Positions 17,969 through 28,255 of a stretch of 64,000 nucleotides of DNA are shown piece after piece (the stretch's first letter is position 1; the number at the start of each line of letters is the position of its first letter). Origin of the DNA: a plasmid; sequence record NZ_CP092111.1; one strand, written 5' to 3'. A program made the position numbers and the translations under genes. The notes under the pieces are model-generated. The model worked only from the letters and a program-made list of their open reading frames with translations, was not told where the DNA came from and did no database searches.

Positions 17969-19243
17969 TTATACCTCTAGTTTTTTAGTTTCTTCTTTAG
18001 TCTCTGGTTTGAATTTCTTCTTTGTTTTTAAGAAGATACGCTTATTCATTATGTTAAGACCAAGGACATTCATATCTGCGGCATATTCTTCGGGAATCCA
18101 TAGTAATTGTGCCTTCACTTCATCAGCAAATTCCTTCAATTCTTTATAAAGCTCGTCTTTAAAAGTAACGCTGCCGCCGCCATAAACAGCAAATATCTCA
18201 GCTTGCGAAGATGTGTTTCTGATATATGTCTCTTGAATATCTTCAAGGATTAGCGTTGCTTGTGAAATAATTGCTTCATCCATACAATTTCTTGCCTCGG
18301 CATAATACTTATCCATCTTATTACGTAGTGTTTCCGCAAGCTGTTGTCTATTCAATTCTACATTTCCATTGAATTGATCTTTTAACAGCTCAGAGGCTTC
18401 TTCGAGTGCGTGTCCTACCCCTCTCCTTGCCCCAGTACATGCATCTGAAATAGGTTGCATGCCTTCCGTATAAATGTATTCACTTGTTCCATCTCCAATA
18501 TCAGCATGGAGAATCTTTTTTTTCGCGAAGAATTTCCCACCTATGTTCTTTTCGCTTTCTTTATGATATGTCTTATTGAATTCTTCAAAATATTCATTAG
18601 GGCCTTCCAATATAGCATATAACGATGGAACTCCTTCTCTTGTTACTTTTACAAATTTGAAGAAGATTTGCACTGTTACTTGTTTATCACCAATATAAAG
18701 CACTACAGTGTGGCCATCTTTTTTGAAACGTCCTTCAAGTATCCCCGCTTTTTCAGCTGAGTATTCGGAGGCCGGTATCGCTGTTGATAGATCACATTGG
18801 ACATGTAAAGCACTTGGAATAACTGAATTTGCATCGTAATGATCCTTGGTTGCTTTAGCAGCAATATATGTGAGCAAGTTTATGATGGGGAGGTCTTCTT
18901 TATACTTTTTGCCAAGATTTATATTCATGTTTTGAAGAGTTCCGCCTGTTGAGGTTAATGCCCTCTTTCCGACCATGAAAGAGCCGGCTCTTTTTATAGA
19001 AGGACTAGAAACGTTTGCGAACAATTGATCAAAGATATTGGCCATAAGTTTTTTTTCATTTGTTTCGGTAATTTCCGGTTGTTTAATGATTCTTCTCATA
19101 ACAGATGGTTCTCGGAGAATAAACTTTTCATCTCGATCAAAAATCATTTTCATTTTGGAGTTGCCCAAGTCTGCAGCTACCTCAAGCTCTACGTTTGGCA
19201 CGCTTACAATATTATTATCTTTTTCCGTAATTAGGTTATTCAT
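17969..19243 (-). CDS. actin-like plasmid segregation ATPase (ParM/Alp7A family)
   Basis: Phosphate-1 motif DLGNSKMK, phosphate-2 motif DIGDGTSEY, adenosine motif VYGGGSV. Preferred ATG at 19243 preceded by AAAGGTGG (the listed ORF extends to 19270 with a TTG). Confidence 0.75.
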   Translation of the reverse strand: MNNLITEKDNNIVSVPNVELEVAADLGNSKMKMIFDRDEKFILREPSVMRRIIKQPEITETNEKKLMANIFDQLFANVSSPSIKRAGSFMVGKRALTSTGGTLQNMNINLGKKYKEDLPIINLLTYIAAKATKDHYDANSVIPSALHVQCDLSTAIPASEYSAEKAGILEGRFKKDGHTVVLYIGDKQVTVQIFFKFVKVTREGVPSLYAILEGPNEYFEEFNKTYHKESEKNIGGKFFAKKKILHADIGDGTSEYIYTEGMQPISDACTGARRGVGHALEEASELLKDQFNGNVELNRQQLAETLRNKMDKYYAEARNCMDEAIISQATLILEDIQETYIRNTSSQAEIFAVYGGGSVTFKDELYKELKEFADEVKAQLLWIPEEYAADMNVLGLNIMNKRIFLKTKKKFKPETKEETKKLEV

Positions 19244-19326
19244 TGAAAAATACAACCACCTTTCGACCAATTTTTAATTTTGTTTAGGAATTTTTTTAAC
19301 TTTTTTCGACTTTTTTTTATTGCTTT

Positions 19327-19540
19327 AAATGATATCAAGGTGATATCAACTCAACAAAATTTTAAAACAACTTGTCTAAAAATGCAAGAATTAATGAAAG
19401 AAATGATATCAATTTGATATCAAATTGATATCGAATTTAAAAATGTATTTGAAGAGCTTTTTTTATTTGATGAAATGATATCAAAATGATATCATGTTGT
19501 TAATGGTTTTGATATCATTTTGATCAATATTATTGACTGG
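19327..19540. repeat. Array of ~9 TGATATCA (GATATC palindrome) iterons in three clusters; centromere-like site and/or replication-origin iterons
   Basis: TGATATCAAGGTGATATCAAC; GATATCAATTTGATATCAAATTGATATCGAA; GATATCAAAATGATATCATG...TTTTGATATCATTTTGATCAA. Lies between the start of the actin-like operon and the primase/Rep gene. Confidence 0.7.
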
Positions 19541-20001
19541 TATAAAATTCACTGGTCGGTTCTAGGGTAGACGTAGGAAAAAAAATCTTGTATAGTCATT
19601 ATTAACATATCGAAATTATCTGAGATTAAGAGACATAAACAAACAAAAAATATGATCATCATTAAATTTGAATATTCTGAAAACAGAACAAACAAGAAAA
19701 AAGATCAGTGCTACCAACACTGACCTTTTGGATTCAAGCTCCCAAGGCGTCCAAACCAATGAGCTTGAAGATACATATTGATTTATTGGTATTACTCATG
19801 TACTTATAATATCAGTATGTAGGAAAAGTTGCAAGGTATTTAGACTTCAAAATATCTGCAAATTTTTTCGCGCATTTCGAGAAACCCTCATGTGCGTGTG
19901 CCTACCTGTATCTTCATAATTGTTGGTTTAATATGGGCCGTTGGTGAGCGAATCCGCTTATTAACGGCTCTTTTTGTGCTGGAAAAATGGAGGTATAGAC
20001 C

Positions 20002-22116
20002 GTGGCCACTTCACTGTTAACCGATTATACGTTGAACATGTACAAAGATGATACGAAACAATATAAAGCTACCGAAAAAAAGGCCAAGCTATTGTCAATT
20101 CCAACACCCGTGGAAGCGATCTTCAGAGGGCAAATGACAGAGAAACCAAAAGGTACTGCTCAATCTCGTAAAAATGACTATCAAAATAAATTCTCAAAGG
20201 ATTATGGGTTTGCTTTTCTTGTGCCGGAGGGGAATTTCTCTCAAGAATTTGGTGTTCGTACATATGAAACTTTGAAAAAACACTTAAAAAAGAGCAATAT
20301 AACGCACATTACATATAACACATTTTATAGGAATGACAGGAAAACAAGGAAAAATCTTCGTTGGTTGAATGCTATGTGTGTTGAAATTGATGTAAAAGGT
20401 AAAGAGAATGCTGATAATGCCGGTCTGATACTTCCAGATGTTCTCGACCGTGTTTCCGTTGCCGGATTGCCGTATCCAACAACAATCCTACAAAGTCCTA
20501 GTGGCGGTTTTCACTTGCTATGGATCTATAAAACTCCATTTAGAGCAACCAGGAAGGCTGTAAAAGTTTATGGACGTATTCAAAAATGTATTGCTGAAGC
20601 TGTAGGAGGCGATTTGGACGCAATCGGTGCGGAGCACTACTTTAGAGCGCCTAATCCGGAGAATGTTGTATATGAAGGTAATAGCGTGCATTCTAGCAGT
20701 CTTACAGATTGGTATGCCCTTGAATGTGAGCGTAAATTTGCGGAGAGGGGAGAACAATTTAAAGGAGTAATCAATTTTTCTACATACAATGGTGCTTTAA
20801 TGCAGTCAAAAGCCTTTAGAGACGTACAAAATGGCGGTTTTGATGACATGAGAGATCGGGTGTCATTTAGTTTGGCATGTGCTTATAAAATCGCAGGTAT
20901 GACACAGAGGGAGGCACGTGTACGCCTTTTAAGCTGGAATGAAAATAATAAGAAGAAGATGAGCCGAAGAGAGCTATTAGGTAAGATTAAATCTGTTTAT
21001 CGCTCTGAGAATCGTTATGTAAGCTATAGTTTCATCAGAAAGGCAGCTGAATACCTCACAGGTGAGGAATATCCAGAGAAGATATATTGGAACAGCCGTG
21101 TTGCAAAGCCTCGCTCTGAACGAGTTAGAAGCCATTTTAGTGAACATGAGCAAGACATTATTGATTATTTAAAGGAAAACGAGGCGCTTATAGGCTCACA
21201 AAGATCAATTGCTGCTGCGCTAAAAAAACCATTCAGTACATTCTGCAAAGTCCTTAAAGACATGATTTTAAAGGGCTTATTGATTGTGGAAACAAAAAAA
21301 GGGCGTGGAGGTTTCACACTCATTACATTAGCTTCTGACGACAGTGCACCTACAAAAACACCTGATCAGGATGCAAGAAGCTCTGAGAGCCATTTAAAAG
21401 ATTCTGAGTCGGCTAAACAACAATCTAATACGACCAGACAAAAAAAAGCTGCTGAATCCCTCTGCGGCCAAATAAATGTCCCACTCTCTAATAACAGTGG
21501 GAAGGGTGTGGGTGGGCAGGCTCGTCTCTCTCCTATCCCGTCCGTTCCCAGGACTGTGTCACCTACGATTTCCTTCTCCGGCCGCGCTCCTGTCCCGGCT
21601 AATGTTCCGGGACGATTTATTAGCGCTTTATTTAATCGCGGTTTTATCGATGGGCGTTTCGTCTTTGCCGCTTGGGGTCGCGTGCAACTGGCCTTTAATC
21701 AGTTTCATATTAGGTCTTCGTCTATTCCTGTTGTTCAAGACTATATGAACCTAGTGGTTGAGGCAGTCTCTTTAACTGTAGGCAAGAAGGGTTCCCCCAC
21801 TGTAGGAGAATATTCTGGTCAAGACTCATTCCTAAAGTATCTTTTTGGAACTGTGAAAGGTCTGTTGTCTAATTACCGTGCTTCGGAGATTACTGAATTT
21901 GTATTGGATATCGGCAAGGTGAGCGAGATCAAATTGCTCTGTTTGAGACAAAAATATCTCGATGAGTTACGTGAAAATGACTGTCATGACATAGAGAAAA
22001 TAAAGGAATTTCTGGAAGAAATTGAACTAGAGATAAGTGCGAGAGTGCGAAAAAAATCGAGTGGGAAGTTAGGATTGTTTAAGCGTTTTTCTTCTCATTT
22101 TAAACATGATTTTTGA
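20002..22116 (+). CDS. plasmid replication/primase protein with N-terminal AEP (archaeo-eukaryotic primase/PrimPol) domain
   Basis: AEP motif I VEIDVK, motif II SPSGGFHLLWIY, motif III GGDLDAIGAEHYFRAPNPEN. GTG start after GGAGGT. Directly downstream of the iteron array. Confidence 0.6.
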   Translation: MATSLLTDYTLNMYKDDTKQYKATEKKAKLLSIPTPVEAIFRGQMTEKPKGTAQSRKNDYQNKFSKDYGFAFLVPEGNFSQEFGVRTYETLKKHLKKSNITHITYNTFYRNDRKTRKNLRWLNAMCVEIDVKGKENADNAGLILPDVLDRVSVAGLPYPTTILQSPSGGFHLLWIYKTPFRATRKAVKVYGRIQKCIAEAVGGDLDAIGAEHYFRAPNPENVVYEGNSVHSSSLTDWYALECERKFAERGEQFKGVINFSTYNGALMQSKAFRDVQNGGFDDMRDRVSFSLACAYKIAGMTQREARVRLLSWNENNKKKMSRRELLGKIKSVYRSENRYVSYSFIRKAAEYLTGEEYPEKIYWNSRVAKPRSERVRSHFSEHEQDIIDYLKENEALIGSQRSIAAALKKPFSTFCKVLKDMILKGLLIVETKKGRGGFTLITLASDDSAPTKTPDQDARSSESHLKDSESAKQQSNTTRQKKAAESLCGQINVPLSNNSGKGVGGQARLSPIPSVPRTVSPTISFSGRAPVPANVPGRFISALFNRGFIDGRFVFAAWGRVQLAFNQFHIRSSSIPVVQDYMNLVVEAVSLTVGKKGSPTVGEYSGQDSFLKYLFGTVKGLLSNYRASEITEFVLDIGKVSEIKLLCLRQKYLDELRENDCHDIEKIKEFLEEIELEISARVRKKSSGKLGLFKRFSSHFKHDF

Positions 22117-22734
22117 TTAAAACGGCCAAAATCCCACAAGAGAATTTTGGCCAACTACACAACCTGATCGCCCTGATAAAACGATCAAAATATATAATAC
22201 AACACTTGAAGATTAATGTGAGTTTTATACTATGTTTTTGCGAAGGATATAAGAAGGTCATGGTAAGAAAGTACCCTTTTGAATAGAATACCATAAACAT
22301 AGGATAAAAATAGGCTTGAGACGTTGATACAAAAGTGTTTTGGGTGTAACATATAGTTACAGCTATTTTTAAAGATTCTCTTCCTGCAGAGTACATATTA
22401 AAACCCTTTTTAATATGTACAGCTGCTGGAAGTGAAAAAAGAACTTCTGCAATTCGGATTTTAATCAATATATGAGCAGGACGACCGGGCAATCAAACCC
22501 CTACCTCCTTCTTTTTGAAATCCACTGAATTGTATGCTGATCTTTACTCCATATAGAGCTGCAAACACCAAGACCTAACTACCCAAAATCAAGACAGCAA
22601 CATCAAGACTTACACCTATCCAGTCTTAAATCGGGACATCAAGACAGAGCTATTTTATATGGATCTGATCTTTGATAATTGAATATCTCTCTTTTGCTTT
22701 TGTTTCTTCTGATGTAAGGAGGCAATGTTTTTTG

Positions 22735-25560
22735 ATGCCTAATCAGCAGAAAAGACAAAGGAATATATTGGATGATGTTTTGGACCATTTTTTAGATCAC
22801 CCTTTACGATTAATCTCTGTAGTAATTTTGATTGGGATTTTCTTTGGATATTGGAAGTGGGATGTTTTATTAACATCGCTTTCAATTTCAGAGGATGTTT
22901 TACATTACTGGTTGAAGACAATCCAACGTTTTGTTTTTTACTTTTTGATTCTTGCCGCGGTACTTATGGTTTTGAGGAAAATTTTCTATGTGTTAAGGAT
23001 TCAAAAAAGTTATGAATATGTTCATATACTCCCGCATGCTGATGATGGAGTCTCCGCAGAAGACTTATCAAATTTAATGAGACGTATTCACGGTTCGAAA
23101 CGAAAAATTCTTGAGCGGTTATTTTTAGGTCGTGAGTGGTACTCATTTGTTATTTATCGCAGTTCTCCAGAAGAGGGTGCGGGATACAACTTTTATCTTG
23201 GTGCTGAGAGTTCGCAATTAGAGACTTTGAAAGCAAACTTTAAAAGTGTTTATGGTAGAATGCAATTTTTTGACGTAGAGGATTTGCCAATACCGAGTAA
23301 AAAAGCGGTAGGAGGAAGATTGAAACTACGGAATAACTCTTTGAAGAAATCTCTCCCATTAAGGCGGTATCGTTCTGATCAGCTATCTGGAATTCTGTCT
23401 ACAATGGAAAATGAGACTTGGGTACAAGTCGCTTTTAGCCCGAATGACGGATGGCGTTTAAGAAAAGGCATTCTAAAATTAGAAGAGGAAATCAAAGGGG
23501 ATCGTAAGGCAAGTGATCAAAGCAGTTTTGAAAAAGAAGAACTAAATAGTTTAAAACATCGTTTCTCAGGTAATGAGGTTGCTTTTGATTGCACTGTTTC
23601 TATGGCAACAGAACATTATCCAGGAGTTCGAATCATCAAAAATGTTGGAAACACTATAAGTTCTATTGCTAATGACACGAACGAATTACGTTATAAAAAG
23701 CTAAAACGATCAGTACAATGGTTTCCTACAAATAAGCCGTATCGTATGGTGTGGACAGGCAGCGAGTTGGCTAACCTCATTCATATGCCGAATTTTAAAA
23801 GTGATCATATGAAGAGTTTGTCGAAACTTATTGCGCATGCGGGGAAAGGAACTGAACTTCTCCCTGCTAATGTGTTAAGCAGTCCTGAAGGAATTACGTT
23901 TGGTTATCAATACCATCCTTTTGTGAAAAATCGAGAGGTGAAGGTTTCGCCGGATGTATTGGGGAAACATTGGCTTTTAACTGGTTTAAACGGATCTGGG
24001 AAGTCAACATTAATTAATGCTGTTTTGAAAAGTTTTATTGATGGATTTATTGCTAACGGGAAGGGGCCAGGTTTTTCTTTTGTTGATCCGGCCATAGAAA
24101 CTGCTCTTGTTTTACTTAACCAAATTTGCAAAGCGGAGCTGGATGGAAAAGAAATTGATTGGAGTAAGGTGCATTGGGTTTCATTCAAAAATACTGATTA
24201 TCCTCCTGCAATGAATCTGCTTCATCGCATGGAAGGAGAATCAGCTGAGTTTGTCACTGATATTGTTATGCGGATCATTAGAGAAAACTTTTCTGTTGCT
24301 CCTCAAGCTGAAAGGCTGCTTCGAAATTGTATAAAAACCCTTGTGATTGATCCAGATGAAACACATACCATCTTAGGTGTGAAACAGCTGATTAATGACG
24401 AGGTGTTCCGGATGCGTGTTGTATCTAGGCTTTCGAAAGTTCCAGAAGCATATGATTTAGTTGATTTTTGGAATTTTGAAGCCCCTGACTTAATTGAGTT
24501 AAGTCGGATTCCTCTTTTTAATCGTTTGGATATTTTCACTTCAAATGACCTATTTAGACGGATGTTTGGTCAAAAAGAGTTTGCTTTTCCAGTCCGTAAG
24601 TGGATGGATGAAGGACATTTTATTTTCTTTGATTTTAGTGGTATGGGGGAGCAAGAAATCAGCTTAATTGGAAGTAATTTAACATATCTATTCTATCGGG
24701 TAGCAGAACAAAGACCTGGACGACCTTTGTTGCATCAATTAACTGTTGATGAAGCAGCAAAGGTTAAAGCTTCAATATTTCCTTATATTGTGCGAGAAAT
24801 GAGGAAGAAAGGACTTTCAGCCGGAATTGCAACCCAATCTATTAAAGACCTTCCCGATGATTTGCAAAAAGCAATGACAAATGTTCAAGGTAATTTCTTT
24901 GTTTGTCGACAAGGACAAGATGATGCAAAGGTAACTACACCGTTTTTCAGGACAAAAGAGTCCAATCAACCTATCTACTCAGAAAGTTTTTTACAATCAC
25001 TTCCCGATCGAGTTGCTGTAGTTCGCACTCAAGATAACATAGATGGTGTCGATCAAACAGTGACCTGCTTAGTGGAAGTACCTCCTTTGGATCGTTATTT
25101 ACCTGATGGAACGGTTGCTAACTATAGAAGAGAGGACGAGGTTGCCGCAGCCAATGCGTGGACATTAGAAAAGGCAAAGGAGCTTTCTTCACAAAATGGT
25201 TTCCATTACTCGGAAATTGATTTGATTATAAAAGCTTATCTGAAGGGTGAAGAGTATGTTCCGCAAAAAAGAAAAGAAAGTCCGCGGAAATTGAAGGCTC
25301 CTATTACTAAACAACCAGAAACCCCTTTGCATCTTATGAGAACAAAAAAAATTCATGAGGAACAGATGGAAACTGAGGCAGAAACGATTCCTCTTACACT
25401 TCAAAAGAAGGAAGATACTAAACAATTAAATAATCAGAAAGAGCATAAGACAGAAGAGAGAAGACCCAAAATCGAAGGTGAAACAGAGAATCAAAATTTC
25501 TCTACTGGATCAATATTACAAAGGATGAAGGCAAAAGCCGATGATCAAAAGGAGGAATAA
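22735..25560 (+). CDS. T4SS coupling protein (VirD4/TcpA/ConQ-like FtsK-SpoIIIE-type ATPase)
   Basis: N-terminal TM helices. Walker A LTGLNGSGKST, Walker B LHQLTVDEAAK. K/E-rich C-terminal tail. Confidence 0.75.
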   Translation: MPNQQKRQRNILDDVLDHFLDHPLRLISVVILIGIFFGYWKWDVLLTSLSISEDVLHYWLKTIQRFVFYFLILAAVLMVLRKIFYVLRIQKSYEYVHILPHADDGVSAEDLSNLMRRIHGSKRKILERLFLGREWYSFVIYRSSPEEGAGYNFYLGAESSQLETLKANFKSVYGRMQFFDVEDLPIPSKKAVGGRLKLRNNSLKKSLPLRRYRSDQLSGILSTMENETWVQVAFSPNDGWRLRKGILKLEEEIKGDRKASDQSSFEKEELNSLKHRFSGNEVAFDCTVSMATEHYPGVRIIKNVGNTISSIANDTNELRYKKLKRSVQWFPTNKPYRMVWTGSELANLIHMPNFKSDHMKSLSKLIAHAGKGTELLPANVLSSPEGITFGYQYHPFVKNREVKVSPDVLGKHWLLTGLNGSGKSTLINAVLKSFIDGFIANGKGPGFSFVDPAIETALVLLNQICKAELDGKEIDWSKVHWVSFKNTDYPPAMNLLHRMEGESAEFVTDIVMRIIRENFSVAPQAERLLRNCIKTLVIDPDETHTILGVKQLINDEVFRMRVVSRLSKVPEAYDLVDFWNFEAPDLIELSRIPLFNRLDIFTSNDLFRRMFGQKEFAFPVRKWMDEGHFIFFDFSGMGEQEISLIGSNLTYLFYRVAEQRPGRPLLHQLTVDEAAKVKASIFPYIVREMRKKGLSAGIATQSIKDLPDDLQKAMTNVQGNFFVCRQGQDDAKVTTPFFRTKESNQPIYSESFLQSLPDRVAVVRTQDNIDGVDQTVTCLVEVPPLDRYLPDGTVANYRREDEVAAANAWTLEKAKELSSQNGFHYSEIDLIIKAYLKGEEYVPQKRKESPRKLKAPITKQPETPLHLMRTKKIHEEQMETEAETIPLTLQKKEDTKQLNNQKEHKTEERRPKIEGETENQNFSTGSILQRMKAKADDQKEE

Positions 25561-25580
25561 AGAAGAAAAGGTGATTTGAG

Positions 25581-26483
25581 TTGGACATTATTACTACACA
25601 ACCTGATACAATCCCTGAAAAAAAGAAAAAGGGGAAAAAAATGAAGCAAAAAAGATATGCCGTTTTATCGGAAAGTGACAAAAACTTGCTTCTGTCCCTT
25701 CATCAATTCATATATATGGACACTGATTTTATACATCAATATATCATGACAGACTACCCTACAAAAAAAACCCTAACTCAAAGGTTATTAAGGTTAAAAG
25801 ATGTGGGATATTTAGTAAGTTTCACCGTCCCGATTGATGGGATGTCCAGGCCGGCTAACATCTACACTCTTACTGATTTTGGTTTGCAAAATGTTGAGCA
25901 ATTGCAAGGTGTTGTTAAATGGAATCCGAGGTGGTCCCAAAGGGTGCCACCTTGGTATCAACATCAATTAATGCTGAACCGAATTGTTATGAAATACACT
26001 AAACAAGCTGAACAAATTGGATTAGAAGTTAAAGAGTGGATACCAGAGGCTAGAGCAACCTGGCAATATACAAATGATAAAACGGATGTAATAAAGCCTG
26101 ATGGAATATTGGTTTTTGGCGGGAAAGGGTCTAATGATAACATTGGGCTTTTTATGGAGCTGGAACGTAGTGTTGCAAAAAGGCAAAATACAATAAAAAA
26201 AGTGATCCGATATAATGATTTTTTGAATAGAGACAAGAAGATTTTAAAAGACTATGATATGCATGTGGGGTTTGAAGCTCCTATTTCAGACTGGAGAGTC
26301 CTGTTTATTGGTGGGAATGAACCTAATACTAGGAAAACAATAAATGATATTTTGAGTATTCATAACATGGACATTAAAGCCCCAATATTAGTCGCAAGTA
26401 AAGCAGATGTTGAAAGGCATGCATTTGATCCGATATATCATCACATTTTGAGTGATGATCCAATGATAAAAAAAGAATTATAG
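25581..26483 (+). CDS. hypothetical protein (300 aa); possibly a replication-relaxation-type wHTH accessory protein
   Basis: Sits directly after the coupling-protein gene. N-terminal region LLSLHQFIYMDTDFIHQYIM...TQRLLRLKDVGYLV is wHTH-like. No HUH relaxase motif was seen. The start may be the ATG at 25641. Confidence 0.35.
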   Translation: MDIITTQPDTIPEKKKKGKKMKQKRYAVLSESDKNLLLSLHQFIYMDTDFIHQYIMTDYPTKKTLTQRLLRLKDVGYLVSFTVPIDGMSRPANIYTLTDFGLQNVEQLQGVVKWNPRWSQRVPPWYQHQLMLNRIVMKYTKQAEQIGLEVKEWIPEARATWQYTNDKTDVIKPDGILVFGGKGSNDNIGLFMELERSVAKRQNTIKKVIRYNDFLNRDKKILKDYDMHVGFEAPISDWRVLFIGGNEPNTRKTINDILSIHNMDIKAPILVASKADVERHAFDPIYHHILSDDPMIKKEL

Positions 26484-26493
26484 GGAGGTCTCA

Positions 26494-26718
26494 GTGTATA
26501 TGTTTCGCGGAATTTTTAAAGCGCTCATATATATTGCAGGAATTTGTTTTGTGGGAAGTTTCATTCTCACTCAATTTCCAGGGACCAGAGATGTTTGGGA
26601 GACTGTCAAAGTACAGGGCTCCCATTTTTATTCTCAATTGGTCGCAAAATATGGCTTGCTTGGAGCTTTAATTATAATCGCTTGCGCAATATTTATATTT
26701 TCAGGAAAGAAGAGGTGA
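26494..26718 (+). CDS. small T4SS membrane protein (74 aa, 2 TM)
   Basis: GGGAGG RBS. Two hydrophobic helices. Confidence 0.5.
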   Translation: MYMFRGIFKALIYIAGICFVGSFILTQFPGTRDVWETVKVQGSHFYSQLVAKYGLLGALIIIACAIFIFSGKKR

Positions 26719-26724
26719 AGTAAT

Positions 26725-27909
26725 TTGAATAAATGGGGCAAAAAGAAAAGCTCTTCTTCAGAAAAACCAAAAAAGGACAAAAAAAGTTTCAAAAATCTAG
26801 TGAGTGAATGGAAAACGAAAAAAGCTGAAAAAAAAATATATGATCCGGCTGCCTTAAAAAAAGACCAAAAAGAAAAAGCATACCAAGTAAAAAGGGCACG
26901 AAGGGTAGCTCTAAAGCCGTCCACTTTTCAGCGCGCAATGAATATAGGTTTGATTTTATTACTTGTGATTGTGCTCTTAGGGTCTTTTAATGCATTTCGG
27001 CATAATGGAGTCATTCACAGTATGGAAGAAAAAGTAAATGCTGCAACTGCTGAAGAAAATAAAGTGAAAGATGATTATGCTGAAAGACCTGGTATTACTT
27101 ATTTCGTTCAGAATTTTCTTAATGATTACTTTGATATCCAACCAGGAGAAGACAATCAGAAAAAACGTCAAGACAGATTGAAAAAATATTTAGCTAATGG
27201 TTTGGACCCGGATGGAGGGATAGATTATACCTCCGTGCAAGGAGAACAAACTTTAACAGGAAGTAGGATCATGGAAGTGAAAGGGATTACTAAAACAACG
27301 GCTGACGTTTATGTAGACGCAGATATTAAGTCTGTAATTAAAACAGAACGAATTGAAAAAGTAAAGGAGAAAAAGAAAGATAAAAAAGGAAAGAAAAAAG
27401 AAGTAGAGGTCGAGAAAAAGGTAACTGATACAGATGAAAAATCAGGAAAACTATATTATGTGATACGTGTTCACGCAGATGATACTGGATATACAGTAAT
27501 TGATCTGCCGCAACCGTATGTTCCAAAGGAATCTGAGAAGAAAACGGTTGATAACTATTATGCTGATCTTACAGAAGATAAAGCTGCTACGAATAATGTA
27601 AGAACATTTTTAGAATCGTTTTTTAACTCTTATGTCAATAAAGATAGAGCAGATGATATGAAATTTTTCTTTAAAAATTCCAATGATGCGCAGTCACTAG
27701 AGGGCTCTTATGAGTTTGTGAGAATCGAAGATTTGAAAGTATATCCTGGAGAAAAGAAAAAACAATATATTGTCCGTAGCGATGTAAAATTAAAACAATC
27801 TGTTTCAGGTATTCAAAGTCTTTATGGATATGAATTTATTTTAAATCATGAGGGGGCGGATAAATATGAAATTGTAGAGATGAGAAACCTATCTGCCAAA
27901 GTTGAATAA
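26725..27909 (+). CDS. T4SS bitopic membrane protein (ConB/TcpC-like)
   Basis: K-rich N-terminus, a single TM helix (IGLILLLVIVLLGSF), then a large extracytoplasmic domain. Position matches ConB/TcpC in ICEBs1-type operons. Confidence 0.5.
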   Translation: MNKWGKKKSSSSEKPKKDKKSFKNLVSEWKTKKAEKKIYDPAALKKDQKEKAYQVKRARRVALKPSTFQRAMNIGLILLLVIVLLGSFNAFRHNGVIHSMEEKVNAATAEENKVKDDYAERPGITYFVQNFLNDYFDIQPGEDNQKKRQDRLKKYLANGLDPDGGIDYTSVQGEQTLTGSRIMEVKGITKTTADVYVDADIKSVIKTERIEKVKEKKKDKKGKKKEVEVEKKVTDTDEKSGKLYYVIRVHADDTGYTVIDLPQPYVPKESEKKTVDNYYADLTEDKAATNNVRTFLESFFNSYVNKDRADDMKFFFKNSNDAQSLEGSYEFVRIEDLKVYPGEKKKQYIVRSDVKLKQSVSGIQSLYGYEFILNHEGADKYEIVEMRNLSAKVE

Positions 27910-27941
27910 AAGAAAATCTTAATATATTAGGAGGAATTTAT

Positions 27942-28235
27942 ATGCTTTCAGTATTTTTTGATTATGTTCAAAACTCAGGTCATTTAGATTTTATATTGGG
28001 CGCTGTTAATATTGATGGAATTCAAAGTAAGGGGGATAGCAATGTACAAGGGACTATTCAAACCATTTACGGATGGGTAGCGCTTGCAATTCTAGTTATG
28101 TTGCTTGCCTTTAAAAAATTTAGAGCTGCATTCGGTGCTTTGGTAGTGTTAGCTATACTATCGGTTTTTGTTTACGGTGTTAGCAATATTAAGAGCTTAG
28201 GGGAGTCCATTCTTCGATTCTTGGGTCTAATGTAA
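27942..28235 (+). CDS. small T4SS membrane protein (97 aa)
   Basis: RBS AGGAGG. Two TM helices. Confidence 0.5.
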   Translation: MLSVFFDYVQNSGHLDFILGAVNIDGIQSKGDSNVQGTIQTIYGWVALAILVMLLAFKKFRAAFGALVVLAILSVFVYGVSNIKSLGESILRFLGLM

Positions 28236-28255
28236 TGTGGGAGGTGTCTATCACC

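Noticed and set aside
19025-19277. Two + strand ORFs (69 and 79 aa) overlapping the 5' end of the actin-like ATPase gene
   Set aside because: They lie antisense within the alp-like coding region and iteron/promoter area. The translations are hydrophobic and low-complexity, and there is no RBS.
22100-22492. 130-aa ORF on the - strand downstream of the rep gene
   Set aside because: It overlaps the rep stop, has no RBS and a hydrophobic low-complexity translation in an AT-rich intergenic region. Probably non-coding; the region more likely holds the T4SS operon promoter/operators.
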